NCBI GenBank assembly: GCA_958402495.1
Contig: CATXTS010000002.1
Coordinates: 1-50,520 of the forward strand
Origin: an uncultured Clostridiaceae bacterium
GTDB taxonomy: Bacteria; Bacillota; Clostridia; TANB77; CAG-508
Reading direction: 5' to 3'
Length of the DNA: 50,520 bases
Shown in pieces: positions 25,706 to 34,782 of the stretch; the first letter of the stretch is position 1; each line of letters begins with the position of its first letter. Made by a program: the position numbers and the translations under genes. Under the pieces are notes generated by a model. It had not been told where the DNA came from, did no database searches, and was given only the letters and a program-made list of their open reading frames with translations.

Positions 25706-27745
25706 CTATTTCAAATGAAAATAAAAACCATATTCTTGATAAAGAGTGTCGCCAATTTTTGCTTGCTTTGTCTTTACGATTTGACCTCCGAGTTTTTGAT
25801 AAAACTGAATAGCGCTTTTATTATCACTAAGACACCATACTATCATATTCTTTTTTCCTAGAGAAGCCAACTGTTTACAAGTTTCAAAAAAGAGGCTAGT
25901 TCCAATGCCCTTTCTAATTTCAGTGGGCTTAACATAAAGGCTAACTAACTCAGAATCAAATTCGTCCATATTACAAATGGTATTAAAACAAGCGTATCCA
26001 AGTACTTCTTCTCCTCTTACCGCTACAAAAACCAAATCTTTATATTCATCAAAGCTCGCCTGATACCGCTGCGTTTGTTCTTCATAGTTTAAAGAATTAA
26101 GATAAGAAGAAGAGATAATTGTATCATAGGCATTCTTCCAACCATCTACTTTTATTTTAGCCATCTGTTCTTGGTCCTGATATAAATTCTTACGAACAAT
26201 ATAATCATCTTTAGCTTCCAGAAGAACAAGTGCTTTACGCATAAGGAAAAGAGCATTTACCAACTTTGCATCTTCGAGTGCAAAAGAAATACGACCAATG
26301 AGTTCCTCCTTATAGGGCCAAGAAATAGATTTCCCAATCAAAAAACGGACTCTACATTCTGTATAAAAGAACTTAAGTAAATCTTCCTCTGTTCGAATGG
26401 TCATGCCTTTATACTTCATGCCTTTGAGATTAGAAAAATCCAGGATTGCAAAGAATCCAGATTCTGGCTCTAAATTTTCAGGAAAGTCAACCATGGCTAT
26501 ACCTTCTAATGCTTCTTTTGCATCAGAATCTCCTAAAATATTAGTTACTGTTTTTATGATTCTACTTCTAAATATAGGATTGACAGAATCAATTCCAGTT
26601 ACAAGCGCTTTAAGTAAGTTAAATTTATATAAATAAAGATTTCTTAACTCACTAAAATAGGAATCATAAATCTGGTATCTTTGATTAGTAGCATTAAAAG
26701 CACCGCCAAGAGCTTTCCCGATGATATCAGGAGAAGAATCCATTTCTTGAAAGATTCTATTGACAAGCTCTCTTATAATGATTTCATCAGCAACTACAAA
26801 ACCAGCCCGTAAGGAAGCCATGGAATAACTCTTGGAAAGCCCAAAAAGAGAAATAGTATTTCGAAACATTCCAGGAATTGTAGAAATTGGCAGGGCAATA
26901 TTATCCTTATCATAGGAAATATCTCGATAAACAAGATCATCGATTACGAAGACACCACGCTTTTTACATACTGTAGCAATTTCAGATAAAAGAGAATACT
27001 TTTTTCTTCCCATTACCTTTCCGGTAGGGTTGTTAGGATTTGCATTTAAAAAAGCAACAACTCTGGGAACATATCCTCTCCGGCGATTGTACACTTGCTG
27101 TAAACTTTCATTAATTTGGTCAATACGATTGGCAAGTTTAGAAGGATTTACAAGAAAGTGGTCTTCTTTTTCAAGATTCAGAACTTCTACTTCTGCACCC
27201 GCTCTTTCTGTCCGAATGGTAAAAAGACCATAGCTAGGGCCCGTTACCAAGACAACGTCTCCAGGATTAGAAATCAAGTTAATAATCTCATTAAAAAGAA
27301 CCGATGTAGAAACAGAAAAGGTAATATTATGAACACAAAGTCCTTTTTCATCAATATCCTTGAAAGAATAAGGTTCTGTATTAATAAAACCTTCTCTTTC
27401 TACATAATCGAGCAATTGTTGCCGAATTCTGTCATCTCCTTCTGTGTATGGGTAGCGATACAGTAAATCCTTTTGTAAAGAAGATATCATAGCAGAAACT
27501 GAAGGTGGAAAAGGTCTAAATTCCACAGGATTTCCACTGCTGAGGTCTATATCCGGTATTTGAGCAATGTTTTCATCACGAAGTGCATAGCCGTAATAGT
27601 CAATTGCATCAGCAATTTCTTGCACAGTTGGATTAAATCGCTCTCTATCAGGTCTTGTACCAATATTTGGTAGCCCGAATCTCCTTTCTCTTAAATATGG
27701 TTTTTCTCTTAGCAACCGGTCGATTGCATTTGATTTTGGTAACAT
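25706..27745 (-). CDS. Class I/II PLP-dependent aminotransferase fused to a C-terminal GNAT N-acetyltransferase domain
   Basis: 679 aa. PLP-Lys region LFGLSKSYSMASLRAGF. C-terminal GNAT block LVSLYVKPTEIRKGIGTSLF. GC is visibly higher than the flanks, which produces many antisense shadow ORFs. Confidence 0.8.
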   Translation of the reverse strand: MLPKSNAIDRLLREKPYLRERRFGLPNIGTRPDRERFNPTVQEIADAIDYYGYALRDENIAQIPDIDLSSGNPVEFRPFPPSVSAMISSLQKDLLYRYPYTEGDDRIRQQLLDYVEREGFINTEPYSFKDIDEKGLCVHNITFSVSTSVLFNEIINLISNPGDVVLVTGPSYGLFTIRTERAGAEVEVLNLEKEDHFLVNPSKLANRIDQINESLQQVYNRRRGYVPRVVAFLNANPNNPTGKVMGRKKYSLLSEIATVCKKRGVFVIDDLVYRDISYDKDNIALPISTIPGMFRNTISLFGLSKSYSMASLRAGFVVADEIIIRELVNRIFQEMDSSPDIIGKALGGAFNATNQRYQIYDSYFSELRNLYLYKFNLLKALVTGIDSVNPIFRSRIIKTVTNILGDSDAKEALEGIAMVDFPENLEPESGFFAILDFSNLKGMKYKGMTIRTEEDLLKFFYTECRVRFLIGKSISWPYKEELIGRISFALEDAKLVNALFLMRKALVLLEAKDDYIVRKNLYQDQEQMAKIKVDGWKNAYDTIISSSYLNSLNYEEQTQRYQASFDEYKDLVFVAVRGEEVLGYACFNTICNMDEFDSELVSLYVKPTEIRKGIGTSLFFETCKQLASLGKKNMIVWCLSDNKSAIQFYQKLGGQIVKTKQAKIGDTLYQEYGFYFHLK

Positions 27746-27963
27746 TTGTTTTACCTCCTATTATTAGTAATTAGTTTACATTATAACATGAAAAGTTAAC
27801 AAAGTAAATGTTATGTAAATAAAAAATAACCACTTCAAAAAACTAAGAATAAGGAAAAGTTTATATGGAATTAAATATACATTGCCAATAGCGGAAGAAA
27901 AAATAAAAAGGATAGTACTGCTTTTAAAACTTACTCTTTATAACAGATAAAGAAAGTAATATT

Positions 27964-27992
27964 TTGACAATTTTATGTAAATATAATATAAT
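27964..27992 (+). promoter_or_regulatory. Consensus sigma-A promoter upstream of the high-GC orphan gene
   Basis: TTGACA (27964-27969), 17 nt, TATAAT (27987-27992). RBS AAGGAGG precedes ATG 28077. Confidence 0.65.
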
Positions 27993-28076
27993 ATAAATGT
28001 AACCATTTTATAAATGATTCTCATGTTAGCATTAACTTCATGAAAATCAACAACAAATAATTTTAAGGAGGAAAAA

Positions 28077-28799
28077 ATGGCTAACAACATTACAATGGAT
28101 TCTTTAAAGGAGCAAGCTGTTCGGGTTTATTCTGGTATGATTGTCGTTTACCCGCAGTTTTCACGAGAGGAAACTCTCAACGTCTCGAGACGGATGCGGA
28201 AGTTCAACGGTTGCTATGCAACCAATAACTCAACGGTCGCATTTGTATCCGATAACGAAGTCTTCGTTACTCCATACACCCGTCTCGTAATAAGTTCCCT
28301 TTGCTCTGCTGGGTTCCATCAGGATTATTTCGATGTTCCATTCAGCAATTGGGATTATCCCAAGGATGAACAGCTTAAGTGGAACACTCTTCGAGAAAAG
28401 GCTAGACAGTCATATAGGGAAGAATTTGTTGAGGATTGTATTTCTTATTGTGATGAACATCACATTGGAACTATCAGCGAAGCAACTCTTCGGAATTGCT
28501 TTGAAATCCCTGAAACAGGAATCCCCGTAAAGCATCATTACTTCGAGACTTGCTATTTTCCTATTATTAATTATTGCTTCGACAGCAATGCTGTAAACAA
28601 TATTGGTAGGTTTTGTACCAATAATGGCAAAGTGGTGTTTGTCTACAGAAACGGAAAAACCTATGTAGCCAAAAGCCGAATTGCCGATGAGTTGCGTGCA
28701 GCGGGTTATAAGAAATCCCATCTGTTTGTTCCACTCTCAAACGGCGAGCAGATTCAGGACCCTGTCCTGGAAGCACGCTGGGAATCCATAGGAAAGTAA
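28077..28799 (+). CDS. Hypothetical protein (240 aa) with an internal duplication; compositionally foreign (about 45% GC by eye)
   Basis: Strong RBS. Two homologous halves: CYATNNSTVAFVSDNEVFV...AGFHQDYFDVPFSN...LKW and FCTNNGKVVFVYRNGKTYV...AGYKKSHLFVPLSN...ARW. Three antisense shadow ORFs betray the GC jump. Confidence 0.7.
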   Translation: MANNITMDSLKEQAVRVYSGMIVVYPQFSREETLNVSRRMRKFNGCYATNNSTVAFVSDNEVFVTPYTRLVISSLCSAGFHQDYFDVPFSNWDYPKDEQLKWNTLREKARQSYREEFVEDCISYCDEHHIGTISEATLRNCFEIPETGIPVKHHYFETCYFPIINYCFDSNAVNNIGRFCTNNGKVVFVYRNGKTYVAKSRIADELRAAGYKKSHLFVPLSNGEQIQDPVLEARWESIGK

Positions 28800-28841
28800 A
28801 GATTGTTGTTCCAATACAAGCATTGGGCGTATTGGTGCATT

Positions 28842-28870
28842 AGAGTCAGCTTCGGCTGGCTCTTTTGTTT
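28842..28870 (+). terminator. GC-rich intrinsic terminator of the high-GC gene
   Basis: AGAGTCAGC-TTCG-GCTGGCTCT, followed by TTTGTTT. Confidence 0.65.
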
Positions 28871-28905
28871 CCACTAAATTACTTAATTTTTAAATGTAAT
28901 ACAAG

Positions 28906-28939
28906 AAAAAGGAACAGTTCAATTTGTCTGTTCCTTTTA
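28906..28939. terminator. Bidirectional hairpin (copy 2 of the repeated hairpin), downstream of the VanW gene
   Basis: A5-AGGAACAG-TTCAATTTGT-CTGTTCCT-TTT. The flanks and stem are nearly identical to 25641-25676. Confidence 0.55.
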
Positions 28940-28964
28940 ATAAAGTTAGCTTTTTAAGATATAT

Positions 28965-30932
28965 CTATTTTGTTCCAACCGCCACAATCTTGTTGTGAGG
29001 ATTATAAGTATCTTTAGAAAGAAGCGTCTTGGAAACAACCGTACCATTTTTCTTTAAAATCTTATAAGTTTGTGTTTTACAACCATTAGAACCATTTTGA
29101 ATTACTTTTGTTTTTCCTTTAGCTAAACTACTGTCATTTTGATAAACCGTCTTAAAAGCAATACTTTGAATAACAGAAGATTGTATTTCTACTTCATAAT
29201 CGTCGCTCGTTTTTAAACCAAAAATCTGAAAATAAATCTTACCGCCAGAACCAGAACAAACAATTTTAATAGGGTAATTTCTATTATTTTTAAACTTAAA
29301 ATCTGGTCCACCCCATGAAACAGTAGCATCTCTTCCAGCTTTTACATAGCCTGGATTAAAACCGTGATTGGTCCTTTCTACAATATCTAAATTCGCATAA
29401 AGAACAGCATTATATAAAGTAGAAGAAACTTGACAAATACCACCACCAATACCAGTAGTAACTTCACCATTAGAATAGACAGCCGCTGATTTAAATCCAG
29501 CAGCAGCGGTTCTTTTACCAACTACCTGATTATAAGAAAAAGTTTCACCTGGCATCATAACTGTACCATTAATTTTAGAAGAAGCTAAGCGAATATTCGT
29601 ACTTCTATTAGCATTGCTAGTACTATAAGTTGTAGAAAAGCTAGCTAATAAATCTGGAAAAGCCTCTGTACCAATTTGATTAGTCGTCACTTTAGGAGAC
29701 AAAACTTTTAGAGGAATGGTATAAGATTCTTTATCTTCTGCTAACATAGCAATTGCCTCTTCTATAGAAATAGCAAAATCAACGCCATTTACATGAGGAT
29801 GTACAACATAAGGATTTGTCGTATAATAGGCATCTTGAGCAGCCTTATAAATTTCAGAGTGAATAGTATGTATATCTATGGTTTTGGCTGTTTTTGAAAC
29901 AACAGGAATGGTAATAGAAGTGGTACAATCCAAATTATTTAAACAATAAATCATTTGCTCTTTTAATTCGAAACTATTAATTTCTACACCATCTATTCCC
30001 TTAGTAATAACCAATTGATTACCATCGACATAATAGCTAGGTTCTATCATACGGTCAGGTAAGTTGGTTTCAATTTCTTTTATCAAAGAATCTAAAGTTT
30101 CATCACTATAAGAAAAATTAGGACCAATATCTGTTTTAGAGAAAAGAGCTGCTAAAATAGTAAAATTATTTTCAAAAATGTTGCCATCTCTACCGATTTT
30201 ATAAGCTAAGTCAACCGCTTTTACAGCATCAAAAGTAACATCAAACTGTTGAGCAAAAAAAGTTGTCTCGTATTCACCATGTTTTAAAGTAATTGGTTTT
30301 TCCAATTTTTCTTGAATAGCAGAAGTAACTTTTTCAATTGCTTCCTCTTTAGTCAAATTAGAAACATCTATACCATTAATAGAAATACCAGAAGTTATGG
30401 TATTGGTCTGTATATGACATAAAGCAAAGATAGTAGACAACAAAAGAAGTAGTAACAATAAAAAGAGCGTTACTAATAAAATAATCCAAACTTTTCTATG
30501 AGATTTTGTTTCTTTTACCATTGTATAAGAAGAAGCCGTTGTATCTAAAGAAGAATGAGAAGATAGTTCCGAAGAAGTAGTATCTTCTACTTTCTCAGGA
30601 ATATCTAGGTTACGAATACTTTTAACATCATTCTCTTGAGATATAGCCTCTTTATTATAAATAACCGTTTTTACTTCATCCATTGCCTCACAAGTCGCAT
30701 TAGTAATATCCTTCATATCCCTAGAAACAATAGTTGTAACACTTTCTTCTCCTACTTCCTCATTTCTAATTTCCGGCTTAACTATTGAAACTTCCTCTGA
30801 TTTAGGTTTTATTTCTAAATCAATAGGAGGTTTAGCTAAAATAGAAGAAGTATTAGTTTCTTTTGAAACTAATGGAGAAGCAATATTTGGTTCTATAGTA
30901 TTTAATTTTTTATTCTTTTTCTTTTTGCTCAT
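28965..30932 (-). CDS. VanW-family protein with N-terminal TM anchor and C-terminal G5 domain
   Basis: TM segment VWIILLVTLFLLLLLLLLSTIF. VanW core GGGICQVSSTLYNA. G5-like C-terminus KGKTKVIQNGSNGCKTQTYKI. Start set at the ATG after GGAGA. Confidence 0.85.
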   Translation of the reverse strand: MSKKKKNKKLNTIEPNIASPLVSKETNTSSILAKPPIDLEIKPKSEEVSIVKPEIRNEEVGEESVTTIVSRDMKDITNATCEAMDEVKTVIYNKEAISQENDVKSIRNLDIPEKVEDTTSSELSSHSSLDTTASSYTMVKETKSHRKVWIILLVTLFLLLLLLLLSTIFALCHIQTNTITSGISINGIDVSNLTKEEAIEKVTSAIQEKLEKPITLKHGEYETTFFAQQFDVTFDAVKAVDLAYKIGRDGNIFENNFTILAALFSKTDIGPNFSYSDETLDSLIKEIETNLPDRMIEPSYYVDGNQLVITKGIDGVEINSFELKEQMIYCLNNLDCTTSITIPVVSKTAKTIDIHTIHSEIYKAAQDAYYTTNPYVVHPHVNGVDFAISIEEAIAMLAEDKESYTIPLKVLSPKVTTNQIGTEAFPDLLASFSTTYSTSNANRSTNIRLASSKINGTVMMPGETFSYNQVVGKRTAAAGFKSAAVYSNGEVTTGIGGGICQVSSTLYNAVLYANLDIVERTNHGFNPGYVKAGRDATVSWGGPDFKFKNNRNYPIKIVCSGSGGKIYFQIFGLKTSDDYEVEIQSSVIQSIAFKTVYQNDSSLAKGKTKVIQNGSNGCKTQTYKILKKNGTVVSKTLLSKDTYNPHNKIVAVGTK

Positions 30933-31247
30933 AATAATCTCCAACATTTATTTTTAATCTGTATTTTTTCTACAAAAAAATACAATATTCTCTATAATAT
31001 ATTAAACAATAAAGTAACTTAAATGTAAAGAATATTTTTATATTTATATGAAATTGTTGAAAGAGATATGTTTATCTAAAAATAAAAATCGAAAAACAAA
31101 GGAACTTTTAAATAAAAAATCAAATTACCTAATAATATCCAAAAAATTGTGTAGAATACTAAAGAGTAAATTTCTTTACTTCTAAAAATTTACATGATAT
31201 AATGACCAAAACAAAAGAGCCAAGTAGGCAAAAGAAAGGATGATAAG

Positions 31248-32651
31248 ATGACACAGTCAGAAGAATTAAAAGAAAAACTTTTTAGAAAGACCAAAAGTGG
31301 TTGGCAAGGCATGACCGAGGAAAAGAGACAAGAGATATTTGGTTATTGCAAGCAATATATGACATTTTTAAATGAGTCAAAAACAGAAAGAGAAATTGTA
31401 AAGTCTTCTATTAAAATGGCAGAAGAAAAAGGATTTAGAGATATAGCACAAGTGGAAAGTTTACACGCAGGAGATAAAGTATACTATAACAATAGAGGAA
31501 AGAGCTTATATTTAGCAATAATAGGGCAAGAAGATATACAAAAAGGAATGCATATTATTGGAGCACATGGAGATTCTCCAAGATTAGACTTAAAACCAAA
31601 TCCTCTATATGAAGATGGTGGTTTTGCCTTTTTTAAAACACACTATTATGGAGGTATTAAAAAATACCAATGGACAACGATTCCTTTAGCAATTCATGGA
31701 GTAATTGTTAAACCAGATGGAGAAAAAATAGAAATTTGTATAGGAGAAAGTGAAGAAGACCCTATTTTCACCATTACAGATTTATTACCACATTTAGCAC
31801 AAGAGCAAATGGAAAAGAAATTAAAAGATGGAATTAATGGAGAAAGTTTAGACTTACTAATTGGCAGTATCCCGTATCAAGGAGAAAATATAGCAGAAGG
31901 TGTTAAATTAAATATACTTTCTATATTAAATGAAAAATATGGTATTACAGAAGTGGACTTTGTTAGTTCAGAAATAGAATTAGTACCAGCCTTTCGTGCT
32001 AGAACATTAGGATTTGACCATAGTATGGTAGCAGGATATGGACAAGATGATAAAGTGTGTGTATACACGGCTTTAACGGCTTTATTAGAAATAGAAAGGC
32101 CAAAAACAACTGCAGTTTGTATTATTTCAGATAAAGAGGAAATTGGAAGTGAAGGAAATACGGGTATGGAATCTCATGTATTTGACACTTTCTTATCAGA
32201 GATATTAAATAAATTAGGTGTAAATAGACCAAATTTATTAGAATCTGTTTTCTGCAATTCTGCAATGTTATCAGCCGATGTAGATGCCGCCTATGATCCA
32301 CTTTATGCCAACGTTTATGAGAAAAATAACGCAGGTTACTTGGGAAGAGGCATTGGACTAAATAAATATACAGGAGCAAAGGGAAAATCTGGTGCTTCAG
32401 ATGCAAATGCAGAGTTTGTAGCAAAAATTCGCCATATATTTGAAGAGGCAAATGTACAATATGAAGTGGTAGAATTAGGAAAAGTAGATGTAGGCGGTGG
32501 AGGTACAATAGCATACATTCTAGCAAATAAAGGCGTAGATGTTATAGATTGTGGTGTGCCTGTACTATCGATGCATGCACCATATGAAGTAACTAGTAAA
32601 TTAGATATCTATGAAGCTTATAGAGGATATCAGGCGTTCTGGAAAGCATAA
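31248..32651 (+). CDS. M18-family aminopeptidase (aspartyl aminopeptidase-like)
   Basis: 467 aa. Contains HIIGAHGDSPRLDLKPNP, GYGQDDKVC and LSMHAPYE, which are characteristic of M18/M42-type metallopeptidases. Confidence 0.88.
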   Translation: MTQSEELKEKLFRKTKSGWQGMTEEKRQEIFGYCKQYMTFLNESKTEREIVKSSIKMAEEKGFRDIAQVESLHAGDKVYYNNRGKSLYLAIIGQEDIQKGMHIIGAHGDSPRLDLKPNPLYEDGGFAFFKTHYYGGIKKYQWTTIPLAIHGVIVKPDGEKIEICIGESEEDPIFTITDLLPHLAQEQMEKKLKDGINGESLDLLIGSIPYQGENIAEGVKLNILSILNEKYGITEVDFVSSEIELVPAFRARTLGFDHSMVAGYGQDDKVCVYTALTALLEIERPKTTAVCIISDKEEIGSEGNTGMESHVFDTFLSEILNKLGVNRPNLLESVFCNSAMLSADVDAAYDPLYANVYEKNNAGYLGRGIGLNKYTGAKGKSGASDANAEFVAKIRHIFEEANVQYEVVELGKVDVGGGGTIAYILANKGVDVIDCGVPVLSMHAPYEVTSKLDIYEAYRGYQAFWKA

Positions 32652-32964
32652 TAGATAAAAGAAAAGGTAACTATTTTTTAAATGGTTACTTTTTGTTTAT
32701 AATATAAAAAATTAATTTTTCATGAGTTTTTATATATAAAATAGTATATGCTTTTTGACTAACTTTTTATAAGTTCTTAAATACTATTAAATGTTGATTT
32801 TACAAGTGTTGGAATCATCTCTGTTTTATGAAGATGTTCATATATACTGTTATAAATTCTTATATTTTTATGTTTAAAAGTAGTAAAATCGTAGTAAACT
32901 TCTTACTTTAAATAAGTAATAATATTTTCGTGGCAAGTGGCAAAGCCACGATTGTCCACGAAAC

Positions 32965-33040
32965 TATAAGGATAGTATTACCCTTATAGTGTAGCACGTA
33001 GCATGTAGCAATTTTCATAAGATATGATATAATGTATGTA
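32965..33040 (+). promoter_or_regulatory. Repeated promoter/operator module P1 (upstream of the NUDIX gene)
   Basis: TATAAGG-ATAGTATTAC-CCTTATA palindrome, three GTAGCA heptads, then the extended -10 TGATATAAT. Near-identical to 33716-33784. Confidence 0.55.
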
Positions 33041-33075
33041 ATAAGTAAATAGTATAATTGATTAGGAGGATAATT

Positions 33076-33522
33076 ATGATAATTATTGCTGGATGTATAA
33101 TAGTAAAAGAAAATAAAATTTTAATGGTAAAAGAAGCAAAAAAGAAATGTTATGGTCAGTGGAATTTTCCAGCAGGTCATGTGGAAGAAAACGAGCTAAT
33201 AGCAAATGCCGCAATAAGAGAGGCATACGAAGAAACTGGATGCAAAGTAAAACTTAAAGGGGTTTTACCAATAACCACAGTGATGTTAAAAGAAGGTGAA
33301 ACAGCAGTTATAGTAAAATTTACAGCTGACATTGTGGAAGAAAATATAAAATTTGATACAAAAGAAATATTAGATGTTAAATGGCTAGATATAAAAAAAG
33401 TGAAAGATATGACAGAAAAAGAATTAAGAGGATATGATACTGCTATTCAGGATATTAAGAATTTTGAGAATGGTAAAATATATCCTTTAGAAATTTTTGA
33501 TACTACCATGTATTTAAGATAA
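33076..33522 (+). CDS. NUDIX hydrolase
   Basis: Nudix box GHVEENELIANAAIREAYEETG. Start at the ATG after TAGGAGGA. Confidence 0.85.
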   Translation: MIIIAGCIIVKENKILMVKEAKKKCYGQWNFPAGHVEENELIANAAIREAYEETGCKVKLKGVLPITTVMLKEGETAVIVKFTADIVEENIKFDTKEILDVKWLDIKKVKDMTEKELRGYDTAIQDIKNFENGKIYPLEIFDTTMYLR

Positions 33523-33715
33523 AAATTATGATAATAAATTACAAATTAATTTAACTATTATCAATTAAAAGTTATATTATTGGAATTTTATCAAAAAGTA
33601 GTAAAATAGTAGTAAACTGAACTAGAAATTTTGTAAATAGCCCTTTAAATATAGGCTTATTGAATACATTTAACTATTTTAAACAAAAATAGTATATGCT
33701 TTTTCATTAACTTTT

Positions 33716-33784
33716 TATAAGGATAGTATTACCCTTATAGTGTAGCATGTAGCAATTTTCATAAAATATGATATAATGCATGTA
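33716..33784 (+). promoter_or_regulatory. Repeated promoter/operator module P2 (upstream of the S51 peptidase gene)
   Basis: Same palindrome and TGATATAAT as P1, but with only two GTAGCA heptads. Confidence 0.55.
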
Positions 33785-33806
33785 GAATTTGAAAGGACGA
33801 TTAAAA

Positions 33807-34403
33807 ATGAAAATATTATTATCAAGTAATATGAAAATTATAAAAAAATATGTAAAAGAGAATGCAAAGATTGGGTTTATTCCTACAGCTTCTGAATTAG
33901 ATAATAATAGATGGTATATGGAAGAAAGCAGAAACAATCTAAAAGAAATGAATTTTAATGTTATTGATATTGAAATCTCTAGAGAAAGTAAAGAAGAAAT
34001 TTTAAATAAATTCAATGATATAGATGCAATATTTGTTGCAGGTGGTAATTGTTTTTATTTATTGCAACAATTAAAGAAAAAGGATATATTACAAGATTTA
34101 ATAGATTTTGCAAATAATAAAATTTATATTGGGTCTAGTGCAGGGGCTTGTATTGCTTGCCCTTCTATTGATTATGCTGAGAAATTAGATAATAAAAAAG
34201 AAGCTTCTTTACTAAATAATTATAATGGGATGAATTTAATTGATGGTTATATACTACCTCATTATAATAGTAAAGAAAAATATACTAAATTAGCTAATGA
34301 AATTATAGAAGAACATCCAAATCTGAATTTTATAACATTAACTAATCAAGAAGCAATTATAGTTAATAATAGAAATGATTACACTTTAGTGAATACTGAT
34401 TAA
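33807..34403 (+). CDS. Peptidase S51 (dipeptidase E-like)
   Basis: IGFIPTAS, FVAGGNCFYLLQQLKK and the nucleophile region YIGSSAGACIACP. Start at the ATG after AAAGGA. Confidence 0.8.
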   Translation: MKILLSSNMKIIKKYVKENAKIGFIPTASELDNNRWYMEESRNNLKEMNFNVIDIEISRESKEEILNKFNDIDAIFVAGGNCFYLLQQLKKKDILQDLIDFANNKIYIGSSAGACIACPSIDYAEKLDNKKEASLLNNYNGMNLIDGYILPHYNSKEKYTKLANEIIEEHPNLNFITLTNQEAIIVNNRNDYTLVNTD

Positions 34404-34455
34404 AAGATATAACAACTTATATTAATAAATAACTGTTTTAGAGGAGAATGAAAAT

Positions 34456-34782
34456 ATGTATAAAAAAATAACAGAAAAAGAAAAGATTACAAGAAGGATT
34501 ACTAATATGCATTCATCAGATAATTATTTAACAAAAGAAACTACAGAAAATATTAGTTTGGCAATAAACAGATTAAATGGTAGATTAAAATTATTAAAAA
34601 CGGTTAACGAAAGAGTTTTCTATTTTATAAATGCGAATGTGGATTTTATAATTGATGGAGAAAAGGTACATATTGAAGATAAGGATGTATTATACTTATC
34701 TAAGGATACAAGTTACTCTGCTATTGGTGTGTTTGAGGCAATTGTTATTAATTCACCTGCTTTTGGTGTTATTAAAGAATAA
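34456..34782 (+). CDS. Hypothetical small protein, possibly cupin-fold
   Basis: 108 aa, RBS GAGGAGAA. Beta-rich C-terminal half (VFYFINANVDFIIDGEKVHIEDKDVLYL). The fold guess is weak. Confidence 0.45.
   Translation: MYKKITEKEKITRRITNMHSSDNYLTKETTENISLAINRLNGRLKLLKTVNERVFYFINANVDFIIDGEKVHIEDKDVLYLSKDTSYSAIGVFEAIVINSPAFGVIKE

Noticed and set aside
32774-32970. The 197-nt insertion bounded by TATAAG, considered as a MITE with a 6-bp target-site duplication.
   Set aside because: I could find no terminal inverted repeats. Part of the insert is homologous to the repeat unit found downstream of the NUDIX and cupin-like genes, so recombination between repeat modules explains it better than transposition. 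It is kept only as part of the mosaic finding.
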